Shown here one piece after another: positions 27,029 to 38,775 of a stretch of DNA of 64,000 bases. Source of the stretch: Catajapyx aquilonaris. Lineage: Eukaryota. How positions within the stretch are numbered: position 1 is the stretch's first letter; every line of letters begins with the position of its first letter. The notes beneath the pieces were generated by a model. That model saw nothing but the letters and a program-made list of their open reading frames with translations, had not been told where the DNA came from and ran no database searches. The stretch spans positions 1 through 64,000 of the forward strand of contig KZ538424.1 of assembly GCA_000934665.2 (NCBI GenBank), in the 5' to 3' direction. The position numbers were made by a program, and so were the translations under genes.

Positions 27029-27307
27029 TTTCACTCCCTGGCTGACTGCAGGCATCATAACTACCATTATTGGTAAGGAAGGTTTTATGTCAATTTTGTG
27101 CTCAACCTAAAAGTACGTAACATTGTTGAGATTGCATAAGTAGGCTACTGTCTGAGGGTTCCTCATTATGGGGTGTTCAAGTTATGTAATACCAACCACA
27201 TTCCAAGCAATAAATTTTGAACTTGCTGCACATTTAATCAATTTGAAAAAATTATTTTACAAGCCCTTTAGTTTATAGGAATCTAAGGAACCTTGGCAGT
27301 ACCACCC

Positions 27308-27678
27308 AGCCCATGGACACTACCCCTACAGTCTTATCTTATCACCTGCCGGGGGGTTTTACATGAGGTGCTCACTTGAGAGCGCCATGAGACCTTTCAC
27401 ATCTGTATTATGTGGCGACCTCAATGGGATCGCGCTGAACTTTATAGATACAAAAGGGAAGGCGCTACATGCGAGGCCAACATGGCCGCCGGCGACCACG
27501 CTGGGTCCCCCAATGTAGCACTTCCCTTTTGTACCTATAAAGTTCAGCGCGGTCCCGTTGAGGTCTCCACATAATAGAGATATGAAAGGTCTCATGGCGC
27601 TCTCAAGTGAGCACCTCATGCAAAACGCCTGGCAGGCGGTAAGTGGGAGTGACCAGACCTGAGTATTCTAAGATCATG
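27308..27678. mobile_element. Palindromic insertion (arms within 27338-27643) between the AP5Z1 and IR-1 3' ends
   Basis: Near-perfect inverted repeat of about 300 bp; 9-bp direct repeat GTACCACCC; absent at about 42060 in copy 2. Confidence 0.75.
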
Positions 27679-27837
27679 GTACCACCCCTCTTTTTACTTC
27701 CTTTAATAACTTTACAATCAATTTTGAGTCTTTTGATTTGGAATCATTATTTTGATTCAGGGACCATGCAGTGGAGAAATAAACATGGATTTACCTTACA
27801 TACAGTAGCAGTATGTCACATACAATTTGCCCCTTCA

Positions 27838-29844
27838 CTATTTCAAATAGCCGTGCTGTAGGAGGTGATATATTGTTGCTGATAGTGATCTTGGTTCATT
27901 TTGTAGCGCTGCTGGTACTCTCTTTTTTCTCATGTGATGGCCCACAATTAGTTCCACTATAAAACTGATGCAAGCTGATCCAAGCCCAAAGAAAAGCACC
28001 AAAAGACTTCCAAAAAAATTTGCTGCCGCCAGGGCAGCAACACCATCTTCTGCTGATTCTTCCTCTTTGGCTTCTCCTTCATTTTGCCTCTTCTCTTTTC
28101 CTCTCTGTGTTGCTGCTTCTTGATGCATTTTCTCCCATTGCTGCATCATTCCTCTGTCTAGAATGGTTTGCAATATTCTGTTCAAGGTTGCTTTGTAGGC
28201 AGCATTTTTTGGGACACTCCAACTAATTCCAACACGAAAAGATTCTGGAGGAGCCAAGTACAATGGGGTGAGGCCAAAACGATCAGTGTACTTTTCGTTG
28301 ACTGCATCTTTAAATGCACCTAAGTAAAGGATGCAAGCGTACTTGTGGTTCTGCAGAACTTGATCCAGGCACTGGTATTTGTCCTTGATAAGTTCCAAGC
28401 TATTAGCTAGTGTTTGAAAGGTTGGATTTTCTGATTCCTTGAGGAGTGTAAATGCAGCACCTCCAATGAAATGTAGTGCCCAACTGAAGTCTGATGTTGC
28501 GAGGGCCTCAAAGTTTGGGAGGGGTGCATCAGCTATCGGGAATGTGAGGAATGTAATCAACTTGCTCTTGTATGCAGCTACAATCACAATAGAGAAGAGC
28601 CACCAGAAACCAACAAACACTCTGCATGCAATATCCAATTTTGTATCATCAATCCCTTGTTCAAGCAATGCACCATAAGTGAAACTAACAGAGTAGTGTA
28701 TAAAAGCACTTTTTTTTGCATGGCTTTTGAGCAAGCAATGTTCCCGCACAAGAAGAAAATTGAAAATGGGCCCCACTATCAAGGATGTGATCCCAATCGC
28801 TACCCACATTTCAGTTGTGTATGGCCACACCACTGCTTCCCACCGAAGACTCTTGACAGGAAAGGCAGTTGAAAATGTGAGGTACTCATAAGTTAAGGAG
28901 GTGGTGAAATCAACCACTTGATAACGTTGGTATGTGAAACCCACTCCTAAAGATAAATCAGCCCTGTCATGATAGATTTCACCAACAATGCCAACCCATG
29001 TTCCATTCGGATTCTTTAAGCCAAATCCATCAGTGTTACTCAGAATGTAAGTGAAATTGAGACCTTTAGACACAGATTCTACCACATACTTGTGGGGGCC
29101 ATTAGTGAGAATGTACTCATCACCTCTCTTCTCACATGCCGCAAGGAAAGATTCATTTTTAATGATGAGGCGTAGGCGGGCACCACTAAATGTCCGAGTG
29201 AAATCAGGAAACAATTCCCACTGTGAGTCACGCGTAACTTCACTACCATTGAAACTGCCAACATGCATCTTCTTGGGCTGTCCTTCATTGCAGAAGTTGC
29301 ATGAAGTCACAAGATTCACTTTGGTATCATCCTCATCTGCAGTCACAATTGTTGCCTCCAGCTTATACCGTAAGAGTTGAATTTGCTTTATATCCAGAAC
29401 CTGTGCACCAGATTTGAGGTTCCGATTCCAAAATATAAATCGTTGATGTTCAGGGTATAACTTGATCATCTCATGACCTGCGTCCATCAGATTCTCCAAA
29501 TTTGCAATATCTGAGATAAAGATGTTTGCCATGCAATGGGATGCCACTTGGTTGACAGGAAAAGTTATCTCAGCCTCACTGTAACTTTTCACTTGGGGTG
29601 TTCTGATAATGAGGAAAGGACGGAAGCAGGAGTTCATTTCTTGGATGAGGTTAAGGAATGGTTGGGGTAAAGATTGGTAGTCATGAAGGAAGAAAGGACT
29701 GCACTCAGGGATCTGGTCCAAGAGGAGGACAAGCAATGTGTTTGCCATAGTCACTTCAGGAGAACTGACCAACACATTGTCCACTGTTGGCATGTCTGAC
29801 TTGCAACTCACAATAAGAAATAAGCATACTGCTGCTGTCAGCAT
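27838..29844 (-). CDS. Divergent ionotropic receptor (variant iGluR chemoreceptor) IR-1, intronless, 668 aa
   Basis: Signal peptide; S1 motif NGTWVGIVGEIYHDRADLSLG..TYQRYQVVDFT; M1 WPYTTEMW; pore LLEQG; WWLFSIVIVAAYKSKL; S2 lobe; final TM helix. The first ATG is at 29844 (the ORF track start at 29856 is GTG). Confidence 0.93.
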   Translation of the reverse strand: MLTAAVCLFLIVSCKSDMPTVDNVLVSSPEVTMANTLLVLLLDQIPECSPFFLHDYQSLPQPFLNLIQEMNSCFRPFLIIRTPQVKSYSEAEITFPVNQVASHCMANIFISDIANLENLMDAGHEMIKLYPEHQRFIFWNRNLKSGAQVLDIKQIQLLRYKLEATIVTADEDDTKVNLVTSCNFCNEGQPKKMHVGSFNGSEVTRDSQWELFPDFTRTFSGARLRLIIKNESFLAACEKRGDEYILTNGPHKYVVESVSKGLNFTYILSNTDGFGLKNPNGTWVGIVGEIYHDRADLSLGVGFTYQRYQVVDFTTSLTYEYLTFSTAFPVKSLRWEAVVWPYTTEMWVAIGITSLIVGPIFNFLLVREHCLLKSHAKKSAFIHYSVSFTYGALLEQGIDDTKLDIACRVFVGFWWLFSIVIVAAYKSKLITFLTFPIADAPLPNFEALATSDFSWALHFIGGAAFTLLKESENPTFQTLANSLELIKDKYQCLDQVLQNHKYACILYLGAFKDAVNEKYTDRFGLTPLYLAPPESFRVGISWSVPKNAAYKATLNRILQTILDRGMMQQWEKMHQEAATQRGKEKRQNEGEAKEEESAEDGVAALAAANFFGSLLVLFFGLGSACISFIVELIVGHHMRKKRVPAALQNEPRSLSATIYHLLQHGYLK

Positions 29845-30735
29845 TATAGCTGGCACACTGTCATTAGTTGTAACAGGTCAATAAGAATTTTACACTGCAC
29901 TAAGATATATTAAGAACTTATTATGGGTTTAACAACGTGAAGAAATACCAGCACTCTTATGTCCCACTCTTACCGAAAGAAAAAGTCAGATACACATTTG
30001 TTTTCCTTTTATTCAGAAACAGGCCATTAGGAAGGTCATTAAGATTTAAATGACCATTACAACTGAGTGAAGAATGTGACATAACCAGTCATGCTCTGAC
30101 AGAGTGATTAGGGAAAAATGAATGGTACAAATCATATGTGGACAGCTTTCCAATTGCTTGGGAAAGTTGTCATCTATAGTACTATGGATTGACATGAGAT
30201 GGAGAGATGGATTAGATTTAATCTGCCTTTGCTAACCAAAACACTATATCCTTGGAAACCTCCACTGGAATACCAATCAATATTAATATGACCCACATTC
30301 ATCTATAAGGATGAAACAAGGGTCATGCATAATACACTCTATTGCCTAAGACCTAAGTATTGGGCCACCCGCACCCCCAAGAAATGGAGTAGTGGGGTTA
30401 TAAACAAGATGTGATAAAAAGTTTCCATTAAGATTATCTGGACTTTAGAATGAATAATTATGAATAGTAACAATTTAGCTAGGATGATACCAAAGTTGAA
30501 GTTAATTTGACAATTAACAACTGAAATAAATACGATTATACCTTGGACAGTGAATTTCTGTGGGGTCTGATAAACATTGCTTCCACTATGTTTATTTCTT
30601 ACACACAGTGGGATATAAATATTAATAACGAACTGCAGGAGTCACGCAAACCCCAAAACTATATTGAGATTAATTACAAAAAATCTACTACGGAATTAAA
30701 AAATATTTATCATGGCTTGCAGATATGAAATTTTC

Positions 30736-31020
30736 GGACACATTTGACCTTACTGGCGTGCGGGAGGCAGGCTGCGTCGTAAAGGCAAGGACAAAGGATA
30801 GGCGTGTATCCGCTGAAGATAGGTCTGTATGGCTGAAGATATCTCTGTATCCGCAACTCCGCAAAGAAGGAAGGTTAGGTTAGGTTAGGTTGGTACAGCA
30901 TACCCTTTCCCAAATCCAAAAAATCAATCTTTGCATCCTTGTCTTTGCGACACAGCCAAGCTGCCCTCAGCCACCACTCACCCTGCCCCCTCCCGCATGC
31001 CAGTAGGGGTTACTCTTTCC
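30736..31020. mobile_element. MITE with a (GGTTA)n core and 8-bp TSD AAATTTTC
   Basis: ACCTTACTGGCGTGCGGGAGG / CCTCCCGCATGCCAGTAGGGG inverted ends. Confidence 0.7.
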
Positions 31021-31268
31021 AAATTTTCTGTGCTTTTTTGAATTAAGGAATTTTTAAAGTCATTTTACATTAGTTGAATAGAAATTTTTTGTCATAGCAC
31101 GTGGGACTGAGCTATAAATAAACAATACTATCACATTTTAATTTATTAATAAATTCATTCATTCATTCATATACATCATGGCTTTTCCCAAATATTGGGG
31201 TGCCAGCGGATAATGAGGAGCAGGTCCTCCTTACCCTCACATGACCATTATATATATTTTTAAAAAAG

Positions 31269-31506
31269 AGGGGCGACACGGTGGCGGAGTGGTTAGCGCC
31301 GCAGCCTTCCACCTCTAAGGTCCCGAGTTCGATCCCCGGATCGGACAGAGGATACTTATGTGGATAGAGTTTCGATGGGTTCTCTCCGTGTTCGCGTGGG
31401 TTTTCTCAGGGCTCTCCCGTTTCCTCCCGCAAAGGCAATGATTAAAGTTGGTTAATTAAAAAGATGATCCCCTAACAAAGCCCAAGGAGGCTTATCACGG
31501 GGTATC

Positions 31507-31572
<66 letters not shown>
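31269..31572 (+). mobile_element. tRNA-derived SINE family B, full length, with a V-domain-like core GGGTTTTCTC..GTTTCCTCCC
   Basis: A/B boxes, (ATT)n tail, TSD ATATTTTTAAAAAAG. Confidence 0.85.
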
Positions 31573-31577
<5 letters not shown>

Positions 31578-31840
31578 TTTTAAAAAAGGAAGAAAATCTG
31601 GAGCCTGGTCAGGTACCCGCAGATAATGGGGGGAGGGGAGTACAAAATNAAATGTGGTACAGCAAACTGTATCAATTTCTGAAGAAATCCACTAGCATAA
31701 ATATTTTTCAATTCCGTGGCAGATTTTAAAAAATTAATCTCAATACAGTTTTTGGGTTTGTGTGGCCCCTCAGGTTCGCTATAAATATTTATATCCCGCT
31801 AAGTAAGAAATAAAATAGTGGAAGCCATTTTTATCAGACC

Positions 31841-32122
31841 ACCGAAGCAGTTTGGAGTAGGGGATAATTATGGTGTCCGACTGATAATAATCGGGAGGTC
31901 CTGGGATCAAATCCCGGGGCCGGCAACTCTGACGGTGGTTTTCTGTGGTTTCCCACGGTCCTTCCAGGAAAATTCCGGAGTTGTTTCCGTAATTAATAGG
32001 CCACAGCCACTTCCTTCCGTCCCTATCCTATCCCAAAAAGTGCAGTAAAATGAAGCTAAGAGGTCCAGGCAAAACAAAAAACTTCCCCCCTAAAGAGCCT
32101 ATAGGCTGATAATGGGGTATGA

Positions 32123-32181
<59 letters not shown>

Positions 32182-32194
32182 CATCATCATCATC
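31841..32194 (+). mobile_element. SINE family A inserted in the right TIR of the Tc1-like element
   Basis: TSD ATCAGACC; (ATT)n(ATC)n tail. Confidence 0.85.
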
Positions 32195-32676
32195 ATCAGA
32201 CCCCACAGAAATTCACTGTCCAAGGTATAATCATATTTATTCAGTTGTTAAATGTAAAATTAACTTCAACTTTGGTATCCTCCTAGCTAAATTGTTACTA
32301 TTCATAATAATTATCCATTCTAAAGTCCAGATAATCTTAATGGAAACTTTTTATCACATCTTGTTTATAACCCCACCACTCCATTTCTTGGGGGTGGCCC
32401 AATACTTATGGCTAATTCCACGCGTGACTTAAACGACATGACACTCAGTTCATTCAAGAGCCTAACTATTAATTTTTTTAAAGCACAAACTTAGCTGGCA
32501 GTATGTATCTTGTAAGTGTTAATTAATGTTTTGATTTTAACAGTTGCACATTTCATTTGAGTTATATAAATATATAAGGAATTCGTGACTTACATGACAA
32601 GGAAGCCACTGGTAACAGAGGCTTCAGATATTAATGTAAAATTCTTCACATTTGTGGCTTAAATGTAAGTGTTATT

Positions 32677-33356
32677 CAATATAAATTTTGCAGTTGAATG
32701 TTTCAAATATCTGAGGTCTCTAGACAAAGATGGACATACACCTTGGCTATCGGATGTGGAGGGACTGCTCAATCAGGCTGGCTCCTCTATCTGTGGATAT
32801 TTGCAGTCGGGCGGGGACGTGGGAGCGGCCCGTGCACTAATGATTAGTACGCTGACAGATGAGACGATCACTGCGGACAGAGCTAGAATGATGGCCTCTT
32901 CGAGGTGCTCATATTATGCGGAGATTAAAGGGGACGGATTCCAGAGAGAGACTTATTTTCATTTTAATGTGCCTATTAGGGTTACCCGTTTTTTGGCTAA
33001 CCTAAGAAACAATTCACAGGTACTCTGGGTCAACCAATATAAGTTTATTTTTGCTCCCAAAGATTTATGTACCCTATGTAACACTTACCAGGAATTTGAT
33101 TTGTTCCATGTTATATACTATATGTCTGCCCTTTCTTTAAATGGGAGAGGATAAGACTACTTGAGTTTATTCCTAGAGTCCCCCAATACAGGATCTTTAT
33201 GTTATTTAATGATATTCCAGAACGGCAGATTGTGCAGGTTTATAAATTTTTTTGTGAAGTGATACAAAAACTGAATTTTTGTGATATCCAACTTAACAAT
33301 GTATTGTGTGTGCCTCCCTCCCATACGGCCTAGGCTTTGGGAGTTAAATAAATAAA

Positions 33357-33420
<64 letters not shown>
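32677..33420 (+). mobile_element. 5'-truncated non-LTR retrotransposon (CR1/L2-group-like ORF2 C-terminus)
   Basis: Peptide RFLANLR..LCTLCN..DLFHVI, (ATT)n tail, 14-bp TSD ATGTAAGTGTTATT. Confidence 0.8.
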
Positions 33421-33422
<2 letters not shown>

Positions 33423-33476
33423 GTAAGTGTTATTGTAGTGAGGATATTTTCAAAGACCCAAATTAAAATATTATTA

Positions 33477-34052
33477 CAGTAAAACTTCTATAAGTCGAAC
33501 TTCCCTAAGTGGAAGTTCTCTATAAGTCGAAGAAAATGACGAGCTTGGTTGGTCACAATGTAAAATAATAGGAAATGAACTTCCCTCCCTCGAATTTCTA
33601 TAACTCGAAGTGCTGGCAGGGCCTTAAGATGGGATATCAATGCATTTCCAGTCTCCCTAAGTCGAAGTTCATGTTGGCGAGTATGGAAAATTTTCCCATT
33701 TCCCAGCCGAAGGGTCGAGAGTAGGCCACATGTAGAGAAAGGCTAAATTTCCTGATCTCCGTCTACCAGACGTACCGAAAGAAGTGTTTGACTCGATTGT
33801 GAATCCTTGAATCTAAGAGTGGGCCACCATCACGGAGTTTTTTTTTTTTTTACACCAAAACAACGAGGAACATTGTAAGTGTATAGGGACAGTTATTTTG
33901 AAGATTGAAAACCTTTTGTCACTGGATATTTAGGTAAGCTTCCTTATAGAATTCTGTGCTTTAAAAAATCCAAACTTCTCTAACTCGAATCTTCTATAAT
34001 TTGGAAGTTTTTTCCCGGTTCCATGGAGATTCGACTTATAGAAGTTTTACTG
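33477..34052. mobile_element. pogo/Tigger-like MITE
   Basis: TA-CAGTAAAACTTCTATAAGTCGAA / TTCGACTTATAGAAGTTTTACTG-TA. Confidence 0.85.
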
Positions 34053-34214
34053 TATGTGAACTTGGTGTTATGTTATTAATTCTACATGAAATAAATTATT
34101 TCTTTTGTGACTTACACGACACTTTTGTACTCAGTGCTTTCTAATTAGATTCGTGAGAAGAATTTTGGATTTTAGGACATAAAGTAATCTCTCTTATTAT
34201 AATATGTTATTTTA

Positions 34215-34363
34215 TTAACCTCCTGATGCCCAGCGTACAGTCCTCTAGCCATTGGGGTTTAAAATTTTTGAAAAATTTTTTTTAGATTTTTTTTTTTTCT
34301 TTCTAAAAATTAAAAAATTTAAAAAAAAATCAAAAAAAAAAAATCTGGGCTTCGGGAGGTTAA
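34215..34363. mobile_element. Small TTAA-flanked MITE (piggyBac-like)
   Basis: TTAACCTCCTGATGCCCAG / CTGGGCTTCGGGAGGTTAA. Confidence 0.7.
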
Positions 34364-36554
34364 AATGTTTAAATGATAGGCCTACATGAGAATATGCAGG
34401 GCTACAATTCTTATAATTAACAATTGAACATGTATAATGTATGTACCCGTATGTACCTGAGCAGACAGCAGTGGATTCATTGCATTGTCATGTGAGATGG
34501 CCAGGTGTGATACGTGATGGTCATCCCTGGCCACCTTGTCATGGGATATAATGCCATGAAGGCAGAATGTCTATGCAGGCTACTACAATGTACGTAGTCT
34601 ATATGTGTATAAATTGTCTATAAATTGGTATAACTTGCCCAACAAAGCATGTAGTGAGTTTTGTACATTATATTTGCAGTCAAGGACAATCCAGTTATCT
34701 GCTTTGTTATCTGTAAAACTATAAAAGCGGATTCACTACTATTTGTAGATTCTGCAGACAAATTACACGTCTGGGATGAATTAGCTGTATGAGTTTGTGG
34801 TACAATGTCTTTAATAAGTTGAGTTGTCCCCCCCTCCTATCCCTACCCTGTCCCTGCACGATAGTGGTAATACACTCCCCTAAGAGGGCCTATGGCCTAT
34901 GGCCGGGGTATATCTAAAAAATAACAAAAATATAAAAAAAAATTGAGTTAAAAATAAACAATATAAAACTCAAAAATGGAAGCATTGGAAAGAAATGTCC
35001 AAGTGTACTGAAATAATGCAATTTTCTTGGCCAAGAAAATAAACAACTTCTTTTCTAGTAGGAGTCCACATTTCATCAAGCGTGGCTATTCTTCTTTCAA
35101 TATCCTTTGATCCAATGAATTATAATATTAATAATTAGATAAACTCTATGGTCAACTTCTGCAAATTCTCCAGCTGTGTTTGGATCAAACTGTCTGGCAT
35201 TGATGGCTTCTCAAATTCTACATTTTATACATTCAAAGCTTCTCTCTCACTAAAAGTCCCAAATTTTTTAAAAATTACACCTTTCTTTTTACCTTTCCAA
35301 TGCACTTATCTAGGACAGCTCTTACTTCCCTTCTTTCTTTAACTACGACATTTGCTTCTTCTTCCATTCCACTACTATAAGTTCCATTTTAACAGCCGGG
35401 AAACAATAGTGACAGTGGCATCCAAGCGGAAACGTGACTTACACGACAAAAATTAAATGGTCATAACAATGTTCAGACAAATCTCGTATTACCTCAACAT
35501 TATTTTTATTATTTGAAGGGTACTACTGTGTAGTGAGAAGGTAATGAATATCAACTTTTAGATTCTGGTACTACAGCTAAAAAATTTAAAAATGTCACAA
35601 AATTGTGACTTAAACGACACACCAAGATGGTATTTAAACTGGCTAATTTTTATGCTGAATAAGTCGTTGCAATGGAAAGATAAATATATGGTACATGCAT
35701 CCAGTTCATATGTGATAGAAATCACAGTTTACTGTATGAAAAACACTAGCTTGTTGAATTATGAAGATTTTTATGGAGCCTTAGAACAAAGAAATTTGCA
35801 CACCCGCCATATTGGAAATAAACAGTGCTGTTAGCTTGAACGTATGTGACAGTTCTCTAATATCTGTTCAAAAATGTTAAAAATACACAATCTCAGCTTT
35901 CAGAAAAGATCATAATATCATAGAAATTATTCATTTTAAAATCTGACCCTTATGTATACTTTTGCATGGAATTAGCCTTATGCAATAGAGTTGTAGGAGC
36001 CCTGTCCGTCATTGCCCATGAAGAATGCAACAGGCCCTGACTGTCACATTAATATTTAATTGTTCCATTCCTGTGTGACAGATTCTTGCAGATAGTTATC
36101 ATATTAGATGACCCATCTCATGCAATGCAATGGCTTGATTTTTTGTTAGGTTTGTACCCCTGTGGGTGTACTTAACTTGAGCTTTTGCTTATATAAGTTG
36201 TTAATTTTTTGCATAAGACAGTATTGTAAGGGTATTGTAATTACGTCGTGCAGCAAGTTTAACCTCAACTTACGTGACCTTGAACCACTTTTCTACTCTT
36301 CCTCTTGTGCAGTTTTAAAATTCGTTCTGATGACCGCTGCTTGCGGTTCATAGTTCAACTCTGACATAGCCGTGATCATTGTGTCTTCCTATAGCCCTAT
36401 CAACTATTCCATATCCTAAACACAAACGTTACTGCTTGTAGTTGTGGCGGAAATAAATAGAGCAGGCAGGAGGAAAATCGGGAAGAGGGGGGGTGGGGGT
36501 CGCCCTTGTTTCTGCCCCCACCAAAGATTCGCCCTGGATCTGCCACTGAGATGA

Positions 36555-37235
36555 CAGTGTGGCCTATTATTTTAGGAAACAACCCCGGCATTTACCTGGA
36601 GGGACAGTGGGAAGCCACAGAAAACCACTGTTAGGGTTGCCGGCCCCGGGAATCGAACACAGGACCTGCCGATTAGCAGTCGGATACCATATCCCCTCTG
36701 CCACCACTGCTTCGGTACGTGATTGCTATTATACAGTATAAGGAAGGGACCGAAGCAGGTTGGCATAGTGGATAAGGCGTCCGACTGCTAATCGGGAGGT
36801 CCTGGGTTCGAATCCCGCGGCCGGCAACCTTGACTGTGGTTTTCTGTGGTTTTGCACGGTCTTTCTAGGATAATTCCGGGGTCGCTTCCGTATAATAGGC
36901 CACAGCCGCTTCCTTCCTGCCCTATCCTTGGAGGTTGAAAGGCAATGCTGGGCCAACCTCCTTAAATATCAATTATAAAGTATAAGGAAGGGGTACCGAA
37001 GCAGGTTGGCATGGTGGATATGGCGTCCGACTGCTAATCGGGAGGTCCTGGGTTCGATTCTCGGGGCCGACGATCCTGACCATGGTTTTCTGTGGCTCTC
37101 CACTGTCTTTCTAGGATAATTCCGGGGTCGCTTCCGTAAAATAGGCCATAGCCGTTTCCTTCCTTCCCTATCCTTGGAGGTTGAGAGGTAATGCCCGGCC
37201 AACCTCCCTAATATCAATTATAAAGTAGTATAAGG
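36555..37235. repeat. Cluster of SINE-A heads: one inverted copy plus a roughly 245-bp tandem unit repeated twice
   Basis: Unit ATTATA(C/A)AGTATAAGGAAGGG-ACCGAAGCAGGTTGGC...CCAACCTCC..AATATCA at about 36728 and 36972, with the start of a third unit at about 37217. Confidence 0.75.
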
Positions 37236-37615
37236 CAGGGGAGAGGGAAGAGAGGGCTGAGAGGGCGGTTTTTAAATTTTCCAGCCTATGTGAGCCTATA
37301 CATGCCTGGGTGAGGCAATATAGTACTCAGCAGTCGAGTTCTCATTGCTTAGATTTTAGGTGGCTGGGGCCTGAAGGAAAAATTATTATGAAATACATTA
37401 AAATGTGGGTAACAATAATTACCTTGAGAACTGTGCCAGACGAATTTGCGGAAATCGTTGTACTTCGCGTAATTAAATAAATTTGGGAGTGCCGAAGTAA
37501 CAGGCACGCCGCAGATAAGTATTAATTTAATTCTCGCAAAGCATACGTATAGACTTCAGCAAATTCGTCTGGCACGGTTCTCAAGGTAGTTGTTACGTAT
37601 ATTTTAATCTATTTC

Positions 37616-37622
<7 letters not shown>

Positions 37623-37655
<33 letters not shown>

Positions 37656-37942
37656 TTAATAATAAATTCATACCCCGTTATCAGCCTATCGGCTCTTTAG
37701 GGGGGAAGTTTTTTGTTTTGCCTGGAACTCTTTGCTTTCATTTTACTGCGCTTTTTGGGATAGGATAGGGATGGAAGGAAGCGGCTGTGGCCTATTAATT
37801 ACGGAAGCAACTCCAGAATTTTCCTGGAAGGACCGTGGGAAACCACAGAAAACCACGGCCAGAGTTGCCAGCCCCGGGATTCGAACCCAGGACCTCCCGA
37901 TTAGCAGTCGGACGCCTTATCCACTATGCCAACCTGCTTCGG
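37623..37942 (-). mobile_element. SINE family A inserted in one arm of a foldback element (about 37369-37965)
   Basis: TSD TCTATTTCATAATTA; near-identical to 6114-6389. Confidence 0.85.
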
Positions 37943-38513
37943 TCTATTTCATAATTAAATCAGGCTAACAGTTGGCCTGTAGTACTTGAATTTTGAGTTT
38001 TACAGCTATCTTCTGTAAAATTAATTTAGGAACTTCTAAACGAGTAAAGTTGTTTGCATCACATTCGTAGTGTATAGACTAGGCTCTACTTGTAACTCCG
38101 TGTTTTTTCTCTCTTTACTATCTACGAGTAGCTCTTCCATTATGTGTTAGGCCTTCCTGTACTTACGTCTTTGGTCATTGTCAAGAGGTACCGTACCTAG
38201 AAGGAGTTGATACTCGAATTTCCCCAGAATTGATTCGAGTTATTACTTCACAAAAGCCACAGTTTTGGGACATGCTGCTGTTACAAGTCAGTACCAAGAA
38301 GAACACAAGTCTTGAAGAGTAAGTTATCCATATTGTGCAGTTGAAGAGCTCCAGTGTAATATACTTACCTTCCAGTGTGACAGTGTTGCTAAAAGCAGTC
38401 GCCAGCTTCCATTCTCATCCCAGAGTGCCTGATAGTAGCGATGCAACCCTTTGTCTTCTTCATGTGTTCCTCGAGAAAGCTTTTCAAGAAGAGGACAGCG
38501 GCACTGCCTCCCA

Positions 38514-38775
38514 ATTTTTAATTTTTCCCGTCCCAAGGCAAAACCCACTATATGCTGTTTCGGTAATTTTACAGGAAAAAATAATTTCCATTCTTTCCCC
38601 ACACTTTGCCATACGCCACACGCCACTTTGCCACACGTTTTTCTCGGCGTGGGATTGTGGGAGGACGATGGCAAAAATAGCTATATGTGGGACTTCATGC
38701 GGCCGTTCACGCTGCATGTGTAACTCATTTTCGGGCAAAACTGCATAATTATAGTGGGTTTTGCCTTGGGACGGT
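38514..38775. mobile_element. MITE interrupting an AP5Z1 pseudo-exon
   Basis: TIR CCGTCCCAAGGCAAAACCCACTA; same family, opposite orientation, at 44955-45211. Confidence 0.85.

Larger units (their letters stand above)
32410..35977. mobile_element. DNA transposon with short TIRs and a 4-bp TSD (possibly Sola-like), decayed
   Basis: TTAT-GGCTAATTCCA ... TGGAATTAGCC-TTAT. Internal motif GTGACTTA(C/A)A(C/T)GACA repeated at about 32424, 32585, 34107, 35435 and 35605. Confidence 0.7.
30335..35993. mobile_element. Tc1-like long-TIR element (host of a nested stack)
   Basis: TA-CACTCTATTGC..TAAGTATTGGGCCACC mirrored by GGTGGCCCAATACTTA[insert]TGCAATAGAGTTG-TA; inverted arms of about 370 bp; the paralogous site at 44721 has a single TA. 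Confidence 0.8.
22740..36230 (+). repeat. Segmental duplication copy 1 (AP5Z1 3' half, IR-1 and upstream region, expanded by insertions)
   Basis: Collinear similarity to 38092-44956 in exons, introns and intergenic DNA. Confidence 0.9.

Noticed and set aside
28020..29380. Plus-strand ORFs overlapping the IR genes (also within IR-2 to IR-5)
   Set aside because: Antisense shadows of the IR coding sequence with no independent support.
32112..32432. Poly-Leu ORF resembling a signal or membrane peptide
   Set aside because: It is the translation of a SINE (ATT)n tail and a transposon TIR.
32424..35620. Repeated 15-bp motif as a CRISPR-like array
   Set aside because: Eukaryotic context, irregular spacing of 0.16-1.5 kb, and located inside a transposon.
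36750..36825. tRNA-like sequences with A and B boxes (also at about 6320-6389, 31270-31345 and 37870-37942)
   Set aside because: They are SINE heads followed by a shared body, and most copies have a tail and TSDs; no proper acceptor stem is evident.
36230..38092. SINE-mediated unequal crossover as the cause of the duplication
   Set aside because: SINEs cluster here, but there is no matching SINE at the other breakpoint (about 22740).
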